NCBI GenBank assembly: GCA_043228905.1
Contig: JBHGNT010000014.1
Location: 8,184,001 to 8,248,000, forward strand
Origin: Azolla caroliniana
Lineage: Eukaryota; Plantae; Polypodiophyta
Direction of reading: 5' to 3'
Length of the DNA: 64,000 bases
This document shows positions 47,901 to 59,600 of the stretch, piece after piece. The notes under the pieces are model-generated. The model was given only the letters and a program-made list of their open reading frames with translations, made no database searches and was not told where the DNA came from. Both the position numbers and the translations under genes were made by a program. Numbering within the stretch: position 1 is the first letter of the stretch; each line of letters opens with the position of its first letter.

Positions 47901-49545
47901 CCCCACACATCCGAATGGATGAGATCGAGCTTGTTACGGCTCCGGTGCCGTTCGGTTGGGAATGGAAGCCGGTGTTGCTTCCCAAGTTGGCAGGCTTCAC
48001 AAATTTCGGCTCTCCGGCCGCTGAACTTCGGCAAACCAACAACGACTTGTTTCGTTTGCAGGTCTTGAAGCCTCCGGTAGTTGACGTGGCCTATCCGCTT
48101 GTGCCACAGGTCGATGTCCGACTCGACCTTCTGACGATTCGCGAACAGAGCGGTGCCAAAGTCATTGGTGTTGAGGATAAACATCCTCCCGTCTCTGCGC
48201 CCTTGCGCAATGACTTCGCCCTCATCCTCAATGAAGCACCCGAGGTGTGTAAACCGCACCTGCATCCCCTGGTCGATAATCTGACCGACGGACACCAGGT
48301 TCTTCGTGATTGTCGAAACGTGTAATACGTTCATCAGCTTCCCTTTCTGTCCGACGTGGCTTAGAGGGACTTCTCCGACGTGCACAATTGGGTGAGGAGT
48401 GTCGTCTCCGGTTTCGACTACTCCTGGTTGATCCGGTTTCTCCAGAAAGGAGAACCACTCTTTGTGGCTCGTCATGTGGTTCGACGCGCCGGAATCAACA
48501 TACCACACTTCCTCCGTTTTGGAAGTGGTCTTCTTCATTGAGTTTGCCTTGTGATTCATCACCAAGGCTGGCCCCTTACCGGCCTTTCCGGTTCCGGATC
48601 CTCCTGATCCGTTTGCGTAGTGCGAGTTTTGCCGGCCACCCTTACCGGTCTTGCCGGATCCGGATTTGTCCGAATCAGCACGCTTTCTCCAGCACTCGCT
48701 TTCCCTGTGGCCTTTTTTGCCACAAAACCAGCATTCCGTAGTGGATTTGTCTTGCCGGCCTCCGGCACCGCCTTGACTCCCCCTTCTTATGGAAGTCCCG
48801 GAACTACTGTCGGCACACTCATAGTGCCTTCGTTCCTGCTCTTGCCGGCCGCCTCCATTGTGTGCCAACCCACCTCTTCCACCACGCCCACGGAGCCAAT
48901 CCGTTCCCGTGTACAGCATTTGGCTGTCCGGGGATGCACTGGTAGATGCACCGGCGTGGTTCTCCTCTACAAGGAGCATCGACTGTAAGTCGAAGAATGA
49001 GGGGTATTCTCCCTTGTACACACCACAGTCTGGAACGCTCCGAACTTGGACGCCAGGCCTCCGAGACATACTTGCACCATCTCGTCTTCCTCTACGGTAA
49101 CATTGATAGAGGCGAGCGAGTCGCAGATTTCCTTTATCTGACCCGTGTAGTCTGCCACGGACATGTTCTTCTGTCGAACATTGCTCAACTCCTGTCTGAG
49201 TTGCAGCTTCCGGGCAGTGGTGCTTGCGGTGAAAACCTTTTTCAGTTTCCCCCAAGCATCCTTCGGTGTCTTGGCGTCACGGATGTGGCTGAGCAGCTGA
49301 TCGCCGACACTGGACGCGAAGCAGTACATCACCCTGCTTGCCGCCTGTTCCCATACCGGGAAGTCCTTGTGTGCCGAGTCGGGCGCCGCATCATTCGCTC
49401 CTTCGACATAACTCCAGTACCCGTGTCCAAGCAGGTACTGGTGCATCTTGTAAGACCAGGATGCATAGTTGCTCCTGTCGAGCTTCCCCACCGGGAGCGA
49501 CGTAGCCATGCCTCTATCCATGTCTTCTACTGTGTCTGTTTTCAA
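44990..49545 (-). pseudogene. Co-G gag-pol (frameshift near 49010 and several stops)
   Basis: ORFs 48967-49545, 47087-49255, 46019-47050, 45593-45829 and 44990-45499 carry gag, CCHC, DSG, DDE, YMDD and RNase H motifs. Confidence 0.94.
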
Positions 49546-49615
49546 CCTGTTAGGGTTTTCTTCTCAAGAGTAAATGTCTGCAGCAGAAGTTCTCAACCCT
49601 CGCGCTCTGATACCA

Positions 49616-50064
49616 TGTGAACGTAAGTGTTTGCGGAAGCGTAAAACAGAGAACAACAGAGAGAGACAGAGAGAGACAGAGAGAGACAGAGAGAGACAGA
49701 GAGAGACAGAGAGAGAGAGACAGAGACAGAGAGAGCAGAACACAATTTCAAAATTATATCAAAACTCTGTACACACACTGTGCTAAGTAGCACTATTTAT
49801 ACAAGTCCTCTTGGGACTGACAGAAGTACCATGTACTTCAATGCTCACACGAGCATCTGACACTTACTACGAGACTATAGCTACCTAGTAGTCTATCCTA
49901 TACTAGGCTTCCGATTGGACTTCCGGTTACGGATTGCACCCGGCCTCCACTGCTTGCCGATTCGGTTGCTCACCGTAATACCGATCCGTTTCGCCCGATC
50001 CGTCTCGCTTACCGGCTCCGGCTTATTCAACCGATCCGGCTCCGATTGAGCTTGCCGCTCAACA
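49616..50064 (-). repeat. 5' LTR of Co-G
   Basis: Copy of 44577-44995, ~30 bp longer in the microsatellite. Confidence 0.95.
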
Positions 50065-50381
50065 TGCGTAAACCACGAGGCTGTTGGAAAGATATTCCGT
50101 GTAGGAATATATTTTGGGAGTTAGCGTAGAGCTCAGTTATGAGCATTGAAGTACATGTTAGTACTTCAGTCAGTCCGTATGGACTTGTATAAAAGTGCTC
50201 ACTGAGCACGTCCTATGTACAGATTGAGTATTATTTTTTGATTGAGTATTATTTTTTGATCGAGTTTTTCTGTGTGCTCTCTCTCTATCTATCCCGTGTT
50301 CTCTGCATATACAAGCTCTCCATTAAACCTGCGTATTTACTGCTTTCGATTTCCTATTGCTTCCGCACGCTATTCTTCACA

Positions 50382-50413
50382 AAACTCGACACACACATAG
50401 AGTACGCATACGC

Positions 50414-50459
<46 letters not shown>

Positions 50460-50793
50460 AGAGCAGAACATAAAACTCTATTCAAAATAATACTCTCAAT
50501 ATTCTGTACATAGAATGTGCTCAGAGAGCACTGTTATACAAGTCCATAAAGGACTGACAAGTATTTCAATGCTCACATGAGCGACTATCACTGGCTCTCA
50601 AAAATATGCCTACGTACTAGGCTGGATCCGTAGGCCTCTAACGGCCTACCGGTTTCAATCTTATACGGGTCTCCGATCCGGCTCCTGGTTCCGGATATCA
50701 TCCGGACACTGATCTGGTTCTCCGATCCAGATACCAATCTGGCTCTTCGATCTAGATACCGATCCGGATCCAATTGAGCTTGCTCACTCAACA
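50382..50793 (-). repeat. Partial copia LTR (related to Co-H LTR) with a (GA)n microsatellite at ~50416-50458
   Basis: Ends CTCAACA; shares TATACAAGTCC and GTAGGCCTCTAACGGCCTACCGG with 63242-63639. Confidence 0.8.
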
Positions 50794-51378
50794 GATAGTT
50801 TATTGCAATATGCCCCAGTCCACCACAATAAAGACATAGTCAATTTGCTGGGTGTCGTTGTTTTTCCTCTTCCGATAACGGTTCGTGACAACGTGTAGTG
50901 TCGATTTCTATCGGGGTTGGAGTATTTGTTGGAGACGCATTATATGACTCCCTTGTAGATGGTTTTGCTACGACTGAGGCATATGTGGGTTCCAACCTTG
51001 TTCTTGGCATTTGTAATTGACGTTCCGAACGTCATTCGAAACGTCTATTATCACAACGTACCACTCGACTGATTGCCTCTGTGAGCAACTTTGGTTCTTT
51101 AGGAAAAGTCAGGAGTAGATATGTGACATCATTTCAAAGGTCATATCGAAACTACTCCATCAATGCTAGATTATCCTAGGGAATATCGGTGGTGAGTCGA
51201 CGGAAATCCACAGCATAGGTTGAGGCTAGACGATCACCTTAACGCAATCTCCGGATTTTATTGATTGTCATCCTAATGCTATCGATGTCCTCGAAACAAG
51301 GTTTAAACTCGCTAATAAATTCCTCAAAAGAATTGACCATTTGCATGGAGTACAAATGCGAACTTTGCATTTGAGGGT
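50794..51378 (-). pseudogene. Tcn1-like gypsy gag fragment
   Basis: The reverse complement matches Gy-I gag (PTPIEIDTTR...LCLYCGGLGHIA). Confidence 0.8.
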
Positions 51379-51379
51379 T

Positions 51380-52866
51380 TAAAGCAAGTGTTTACATTTG
51401 CACCAATTTTAATGCATGTTGATCCAATGAGGCACTTTATACTTGAAATTGATGCATTTAACTTCGCACTTAGAAGCATACTATCCCAGATTGGCGACTA
51501 CGACGAACTACACCCTGTGGCTTTTCACTCACAGAAATTTGAAGTCTTAGAAATCAACTATGGGATTCACGACAAAGAGGTTCTTGCCATTGTGGATTCT
51601 TTTCAACAATGGCATCATTTTTTGGATGGTTCTTCTCAACAGATTATTGTCTACAATGATAACAAAAACCTAACATACTTTCAAACTGCTCGAGTCTTGA
51701 ATTGTTGACCAGCTCGTTGGGAGCAGTTCCTCACACGTTTTGATTTCGTAACTATATCGCATTGGGAGGCAATAAGGTTCAACCCAGAGAGGCCGCATTT
51801 GAAAGTCAGAAGCAAATCCTCTTAGGTCAGATCATCTGCGACTAATGGCAATGAATACTAGCAACAAACCGGGAGATTCAAGGCTTCTTGATTCCATTCG
51901 GGAGCATATTGTGCCCGATGCATTCGCCCAAGAGATTTTGAGCCATATTATCCCAAATCATGCTTCCAGCTCCCAATCTCAAAATCCTCGTCTAGACGAC
52001 ACCCAATTCAGTTGGCGTGATGGTTTACTTTTTCGACAAACTGTCTTTTATGTCCATGACGGTCCTTCTCGACTCGAAGTCGTGAAACAATGTTGTGACA
52101 CACCAATGGCTGGACATTTCAGCATCCACAGGACTTTTGAGTTGATTTCTCGCCAATATTGGTGATCGAGGCTTTACCATTTTGTTGCGGATGATTTTCG
52201 TAGTTGTGATACATGTTGCCGATGAAAAAAACCTCGATATCATCCATATGGCTTATTACAGCCAATGCCTATTCCCGAGAGCCCATAGAAATCTATTTCC
52301 TTGGACTTTATTATAGATCTTCCACCTTCCAAGGGTTTTGATTCTATTCTCACGATAGTAGATCATTTTACAAAGATGGCGCATTTCCTTCCATGCACGA
52401 AGACCATTACTAGTCAAGAGACAACTGATTTACTCATGCGAGAGGTGTTTCGCCATCACGGTCTTCCAGATGATATTATCAGTTATCATGGTCCCCAATT
52501 CATCTCTTACATACTTCTTGTAAACTCTCTTCCGGTTACCATCCAAAGACTAGTGGGCAGAGTGAGTGCACCAACCAAACAGTCGAACAATATCATCGTT
52601 GTTTTGTCAACTATCAACAAGATGATTTGGTTGAGCTATTACAGTTGGCGGATTTTCCTTACAACAACTTTGAGCATTCTTCTACTGGATATTCCCCATT
52701 TTTTGCGAACATTGGGTACCATCCTTGTTGGACGATGCTTGAACATCCTGAACATCCAACAAACCCGATTGCTCAAGATTGACTCACCTGACTCTAAGAA
52801 GTTCAGGATATACTTTTGCATCATTTATGTGATGCTCAAAACACTCAAAAGAAGGTTTTTGACCAT
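51380..52866 (+). pseudogene. Tcn1-like gypsy RNase H/integrase fragment
   Basis: FILEIDA, HPVAFHS, NYGIHDKE and DFIIDLPPSKGFDSIL motifs. Confidence 0.85.
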
Positions 52867-53590
52867 TGTGAGTACCAGATTGACTAAGTATAAACAAATA
52901 GAAGAAAATACTAAAATAATTATGTTACTTGCATAAGGCAGGATTTGAACCCTATACCTCCATGTTAACAATTTCAAGCCTTACCATTGTACTAGCACAT
53001 TATGAATATTAAAGTTATAGTAAACTTTATCCCATGTAAATATTCTAGATAAGCATGATAGAAAAAGTTATTCATTCATACACACTTGAGTTAAATGACA
53101 AAGTATGATAGAAAAGCTAATCATGCACAAGTACTATGCATGAACACTTGAGTTAAAGGAAAAACATGCTAGGAAAAGTTAATCATGGACATGTAGTGTG
53201 CATGTACACTAGAGTTAGAAAAGGCATAATGCTTGCATGTGGAAAACTTAGTCTCTCCCATCACTATATAAGGGGAGCAAATTGTAAAATCGTTGTTGAT
53301 TCTTGGTTTTTTTATTACGATCTAAATATTGATTAATATAATACTTGTGGGATTCACAAATTTTGATCTCTTTTCTCAATCTACTCTAATCTATTCTAAA
53401 CTATTTCATTTTACTAAGTCTATTATTTAAATATGAAGTTAAACTAATTCACTATATTCGTGGGATTCACAAATTTCTATCTCTTTCTTCAATCTATTCA
53501 TATTTTTATCTTCCTTAGAATTCTCCTCCTCATAGTCCAAAACTCCAGCGGTTCCCACCCGACTCACGCGACGAGCTGGCGCCGAAAGGC
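52867..53590 (+). mobile_element. Unclassified AT-rich LTR-like insert with an antisense tRNA-like cassette
   Basis: Starts TGTGAG where the integrase breaks off. Contains short tandem repeats (~53050-53220), CTATATAAG at ~53264 and a duplicated GTGGGATTCACAAATTT. The 3' boundary is uncertain. Confidence 0.5.
52929..52998 (-). promoter_or_regulatory. tRNA-derived Pol III-type internal promoter (A box and B box)
   Basis: Minus strand TAGTACAATGG...GGTTCAAATCC with tRNA spacing. Confidence 0.6.
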
Positions 53591-56500
53591 ACATATAGCA
53601 GGAGACATACCGGACCATCCAGACCTTTCCGGATGAACAATGAAAGGTCAGATTTCAAAGCCATAAACCCCATCTTACGCAACCAGTGCGTGATCTTCGA
53701 ATTCCAAGCACAGAGGGATTGCTTCAAGTCATAAAGTGAATCATATAGATTTGTTCTTCAAGATCGCCTTCAAGAAACGCATTCTTCATGTCCATCTAGT
53801 GAAGATGCCACCCTGTTACCACAACAACTGCCAGTACCACACGAGTCATTGTCATCTTCGCTACTGGAGCAATAGTCTCGTCATAGTTAATTCCGTGGGT
53901 CTGCGCATACCCTTCGGCCACCAATCGGGCCTTGTACCGGTTGACCGAACGGTCGGCATAGTACTTTACCTTGTACACCCACTTGCAACCGATCGGCTTG
54001 CAATGTCGGGGAGGGTCAAGCAGGTCCCATGTGTTGTTGGCATCAAGTGCCCGCATCTCTTCCTACATAGTGACATGCCAATGTACATCCTTGGCCACTT
54101 CTACGTAGCTCTCCGGCTCGCGCACTTATGCCACTTTCGTCATGTACGGATAGTGATGTACCATGTATTCATTATACCCATTACGTTTTACGGGGTCCTT
54201 TTGGCGGGCAAATCGGTGTAACTTCTCGTGAACTAATTTAAGGGCCCTTTTGTTCGACTCAAACTTTGTTCCTGAAGGTCCGTCTTCATTCATTCCAGAG
54301 TCGGATTCGCTCCGATCCGACTCCTCCCTGTTGTTGTCGTATTCCAACATCTTCTTCTTCCCCTTCTCTTTGCGCGTGAACTGTGTCCTTGGTTCCCTAT
54401 GCGAGGAAAGCACAGCCAAGTCTCCGCTACTCACCGGCTCATCATCATGCTCGTCCTTCCAACTCAGCTCTTCATTCGGCCCACACAACCGAAATGAGAT
54501 CAGACTCTCATCTAGAGAACTGAATCCTTCTTCATCTTCTCCCCAGATTGTTTCAGTCACACTGGCCTCATCTTCTGGAATCGGGTCGGAGTCAAAGGTC
54601 GAACTCAATAGAGAGTACTAGGATGCCGATTCGTCAAACTCGACATCTCGGCTTACTCAAACTTGTTTTGTTCGGGGGTTATAACACTTATAACCCTTTT
54701 TCTCATGTGAGTAACCGACAAGGATACACTTCTCCAACTTTGGGTCCAACTCTCTCTTCTTCTCCTCTGGCACATGCACATAGGCAATGGTACCCAATAT
54801 TCAAAGGTGCCTTAAATTCGGCTTCTGTCCAAAATATAGCTCGTGTGCTGACACCTTATCCCCGATCTGGTTTTGGATGTGGACGGCCATTCGGACCGCT
54901 TCGGCCCAGTAGAACTTGGGCATGCTCTTCTCTTCCAACATTGCCCATGATGCCTCGACAATCGACCGGTTCGTCCTTTTGGCCATATCGTTTTCTTCCG
55001 CCATGTATCCGCAACTGAATTCTCACCAAATTCAGTTTTGTTGGAGATAATTGTTGAATTTCCCGGAAAAATATTCTTTTCCGCCATCTGATTGCAGGCA
55101 CTTGATCTTTCTCTCCGCTTTCCATTCGACAAGACTTTGTAGGTTCCCGAAACAGTTGAAGATTTCGCTTTTCTTCTTGATGAGGTAGATCCACATGTGT
55201 CGGCTGTAGTCATCCATGAAGGAGACGAAATATCGGCTCCCGCCAAGACTAACATTCTATATCGGTCCCCATACATCTGAATGTATCAGGTCGAGTTTGT
55301 TACGGCTCCGGGTTTTTTTGGTGGGGAACAAAAGCTGGTGTTGCTTCTCAAGCTGGTAGGCTTCAAAATTTTGGGCTTTCTGGCCACTAAATTTTGGCAA
55401 TCCGAAGAAAACATGTTTCGATTGTAGGTCTTGAAGCCTCTGGTAGTTGACATGGCCTATTCGCTTGTGCCATAAGTCGATGTCCGACTCGACTTTTTGT
55501 CCTTTAGCGAATAGAGCGGTGCCAATGTCGTTGGTGTCGAGGATAAACATCCTCCTGTCCCGGTGCCCTTGCATAATGATCTTGGCCCTCTTCCTTGATG
55601 AAGCACCCGAGGTGCGTAAACCGCACCTACATCCGCTAGTCGATGATCTGTCCGACTGACACCAAGTTCTTTGTTATTGTTGGAATGTGCAACACATTCA
55701 TGAGCTTCCCTCTCTATCCAACATGGATGAGGGGAACTTCTCTGACATGCTCGATCAGGTGAGGAGTGTCGTCTTCGATTTCGACAACTCCCGGTTGTTC
55801 TGGTTTTTCCAGATACAAGAACCACTCTTCGTGGCTTGTCATGTGGTTAGACGCTCCAAAATCAATATACCACACTTCCTCCGATTTGGAAGTGGTTTTC
55901 TTCATCGAGTTTGCCTTATGTTTCATCACAGGCCCTATTTCGGTGTTGCCGGTTCTGGATCCTTCCAATCCCTTGCCATAGTGTGAGCTTTGTCGGTTCC
56001 CTTGTCTGGTCTTGGCGGATCTAGATTTATCTGAATTTGTGTGCTTCTTCTAGCACCCTCCCTCGGTGGCCTTTCTTGCCACAGTACTAGCATTCGTGTC
56101 AGCCTTCCCTTGCCGGTTTTTGGCGCCGCTTTGACTCCCCTGCTTGTGGAGGGTTCGGAACTGTTGTCAACACTATCTCTATGCCATCACCCATGACCTA
56201 GTGTCACGTGGGTTGAAGCCCTACCGTTAAGCTATACATTATAATACAAAGAATATTGTTTTCATTTATTATTTCACTATAGAAAATTGATGTATATTCC
56301 AAATTTCTCTGGAACATTCTAGAAACTTCAGGAGTACTTCTGATAGCACTATAAAAAGAGGCACAAGGCATTATTTCGAACCAATTCGGTTAACCACTAG
56401 TCTTAAGCCTCCTAGCTATTTTTGTACTTACTCTTCATATACTATATCACCTGTTATCATCATTCTCTCTCTCTCCCTCTCCCTCTCTCTCTCATGTGAG

Positions 56501-56594
56501 TCTTACACACTCCCTTCCTCTTATTACTAATCCTCATAGTACTTTCCTTCTCTAGTACTAATTCTCTCTTTGTTTTAGTATTGTTCCTGACAAT

Positions 56595-56606
56595 TTGAAC
56601 TGAATT
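56595..56606 (+). promoter_or_regulatory. Putative self-priming PBS of Gy-I
   Basis: TTGAACTGAATT is complementary (one G-U pair) to AATTCGGTTCAA, ~32 nt after the LTR TATA box. No TGG tRNA-type PBS is present. Confidence 0.7.
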
Positions 56607-56662
56607 CGTCATCCTCTTATCCCTCTTTCCCTTCATACTAATCCTCTTATCCTCCCTAGTAA

Positions 56663-59600
56663 ATGGCAATTGTTAGCGCTCAAGAATACCAATCTATTTT
56701 CTTGGAGCTCCAATGCTTAAAGAAGAAGTTTGTAGCACTAGAACAAGAAAATCACTGTCTGTTGGGGTATCTTCAACAAATAGCTCCAGAAAAACAACAA
56801 CACGGGGAGCTGACGTTACGTGTGCAACAACAACTTGAAGCGACTATTGTATCATTACAACAGCAAGGATCAAGCGCTCAAGAGACTCACAAAGAACCCA
56901 AGATTGGTCTTCCTATGAAATTTGATGGGACCCGATCACATTTTAGAGGTTTTCTTAATCAGATATGTTTAGTGATTCAAATGCATCCTTCTCGATATCC
57001 CACCGACGCTTCAGGAGTGAAACTACTAGGCACGCTACTTAGTGGCACGACTTTGGCATGGTTCGCCCCATGTTAGAAAAAGCTCTCCCTTGTTAAATAA
57101 TTTTGAAGAGTTTATTAGCGAGTTTAAAGCCTATTTGGAGATACCAACAACGTTGAAGATTGCGCCAAGGTGATCGGCCGACCTCAGCTTATGCGGTGGA
57201 TTTCCGTCTTCTCGCCACTGATATTTCCTAGGATGACCAGGCATTAATGGAGCAATTTTGTTATGGCCTACGTAATGATGTCAAGGATTTACTCTTGACT
57301 TTCCCCAAAGAGCCAAAGTCCTTTATAGAAGCAATCAATCGTGTGGTACAATGCGATAACCGCCTTTTCGAACGACGTTCGGAACATCAATTCAAGATGC
57401 CAAGGGCAAGATCAGAGCCCACCTACGCCTCAGTTGTAGCAAAACCTTTTCCAAGGGAGTCATATAATGTGTCCCCAGCAAATACTCCAACTGCGATGGA
57501 AATCGACACCACACGTCATCATAGACCATTGTCGGAAGAGGAAAAGAAGCGACGCCGAGCAAATCGACTGTGACTTTATTGTGGTGGACCGGGGCATATT
57601 GCAATGAATTGTCCCCATAGGCCAAGAAGACAGGTAAACCAAATAGTTGCTAGTACTAATTGTACTAAACCCGAGTCTATTTCAGTACGAATATCTGATA
57701 GTCCTAATAGTACTAATAGCCCAATTCTGTCAAACAAATTTGATGTCCTTAGTCAGTTAGAAGAAGAGTTAAACGACTAAGTCCAACCAAAATAGGAGCC
57801 ATTTGGTTGGACAACCCTAGATCTATGCAGTTACATTCCCTCTAAACAAGTTAGCAATGTGTTCGTAGCTCAAGTAATAGTTAGTACTAAAAGTACCCCT
57901 CTAATACATATCTTAGCACTCTTAGGTTCCGAAGCTAACTCTTGTTACATGGATAGGAAAATTTCCCCTAAGAAAACTTCCCTGCCCAGCATTTGTAGTA
58001 GTCATTGATGGTCGTCCCATTGCTTCTGAAAATATCATAGAAGAGTCAGAGCCAATTAGTATTGTCCTAGATAATTTGGCATGTGTAGTATCGTTTAATA
58101 TAATTAGTATCCCAGAACATTCCATTGTTTTGGGGTTACCATCGTTTGAATCACACAATCCAAACATAGATTGAAGAACAAGAGAAATCAGGTATCAACA
58201 ACCCCAAGAATATATTCATAAGGTTTCAACCATTTCGCTACATCAACTGCGTGAGGAAGGACGCACAGAATCAATGTTTATATTCGTAGTATCAATGAAC
58301 CCTTCCAACACTGTTAAGGAGGAGTCAATAATTCAACTTCCAAAACAGTATCATCATTACATCGACGTTTTTGATAAGGTAAAAGCTAGAACTCTTCCTC
58401 ATCATCGACCCTATGATTGTCCCATTGATTTACAACCAAGAAAAGAGCCACCGTGGGGACCAATCTACAACTTGTCACCAACAGAGCTTGAAGTTCTTCG
58501 AGCTTATATAGAAGAAAATTTGGCAAACAGGTTCATTCGACATTCGAAATCTCTAGCCGGTGCACCCATTTTCTTTGTCAAATAAAAAGATGGCTCACTT
58601 CATCTAGTTGTGGATTGTCGTGGCTTGAATAAGGTCACCATGAGGAATAGGTATGCACTTCCCTTGATCTCGAGTCTTTTCGAAAGGATTAATGGTGCCA
58701 AGTTTTTCACAAAAATTGACTTACAAGGAGACGAATGGAAGACAACTTTCTGCACCCGATATGGGCACTTCGAGTATACGGTTATGCCATTCGGCCTCAC
58801 CAATGCGCCAACAGTCTTCCAGCACATGGCAAATGATATATTCCGAGATCTTTTGGACATCTGTTTAATCATCTACTTGGATGATCTACTAGTTTATTCA
58901 AAGACATAGGAGGACCATGGTTCTCATGTACTATTAGTATTAAGACGATCACCAGAACATGGTCTTTATGCAAAACTAGAGAAGTGTAGTTTTGACTGTA
59001 GCCAGGTGGAATTTCTTGGCTATGTCATTTCCTCGGAAGGCATTTCTATGGATCCGGCTAAAGTCCAAACTATGCTAGAGTGGCAAACTCCATGCTCGTT
59101 GTGAGAAGTGCAATGGTTTCTAGGATTCTCAAACTTCTATCGCAAGTTTATACAAGACTACTCAAAGCTTATTTTGCCGCTCACACAACTTACAAAGAAG
59201 GGTCAATCATTTGTTTGGTCTAAGGAAGCGGACATGGCTTTTGAGGGTGTCAAGAAAGCATTTACATCAGCTCCTGTTTTAGCTCATGTTGATCCGCAAA
59301 CACCATTTATCATGGAGGCAGACACGTTAGATTTCACCCTAGGTAGTATTTATCACAACAAGGCGATGATGAGAAGCTACATCCCTTAGCGTTTCACTCA
59401 CGCAAATTTGATGCCACCGAAATCAACCACAAGATACATGAGAAGGAGCTATTTGCAATAGTGGACTCTTTTGCACAATGGAGGAATTTTTTAGAAGGAT
59501 CTCCTCATCAAGTCACTGTATTCAGTGATCACAAGAATCGTGCATACTTTCAGAATGCTCGCATGTTAAATAGACGACAAGCTCAGTGGGCCCAATTCCT

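Larger units (their letters stand above)
44577..50064 (-). mobile_element. Full-length Ty1/copia element Co-G inserted in the Co-F 3' LTR
   Basis: LTRs 44577-44995 and 49616-50064; TSD TGCGT; iMet PBS 49604-49615; PPT 44996-45008. Confidence 0.96.
39795..50381 (+). mobile_element. Copia element Co-F (Co-C-related), 5' LTR truncated, 3' LTR split by Co-G
   Basis: Partial 5' LTR ends TTCTTCACA at 39903; PBS TGGTATCTGAGC 39904-39915; degenerate gag-pol 39987-44430; PPT 44410-44424; 3' LTR 44425-44576 plus 50070-50381, also ending TTCTTCACA. Confidence 0.9.

Noticed and set aside
53576-53590. TGGCGCCGAAA as a PBS for the 52867 insert
   Set aside because: There is no clean CA LTR end before it, no internal domain follows, and I cannot match it confidently to a plant tRNA.
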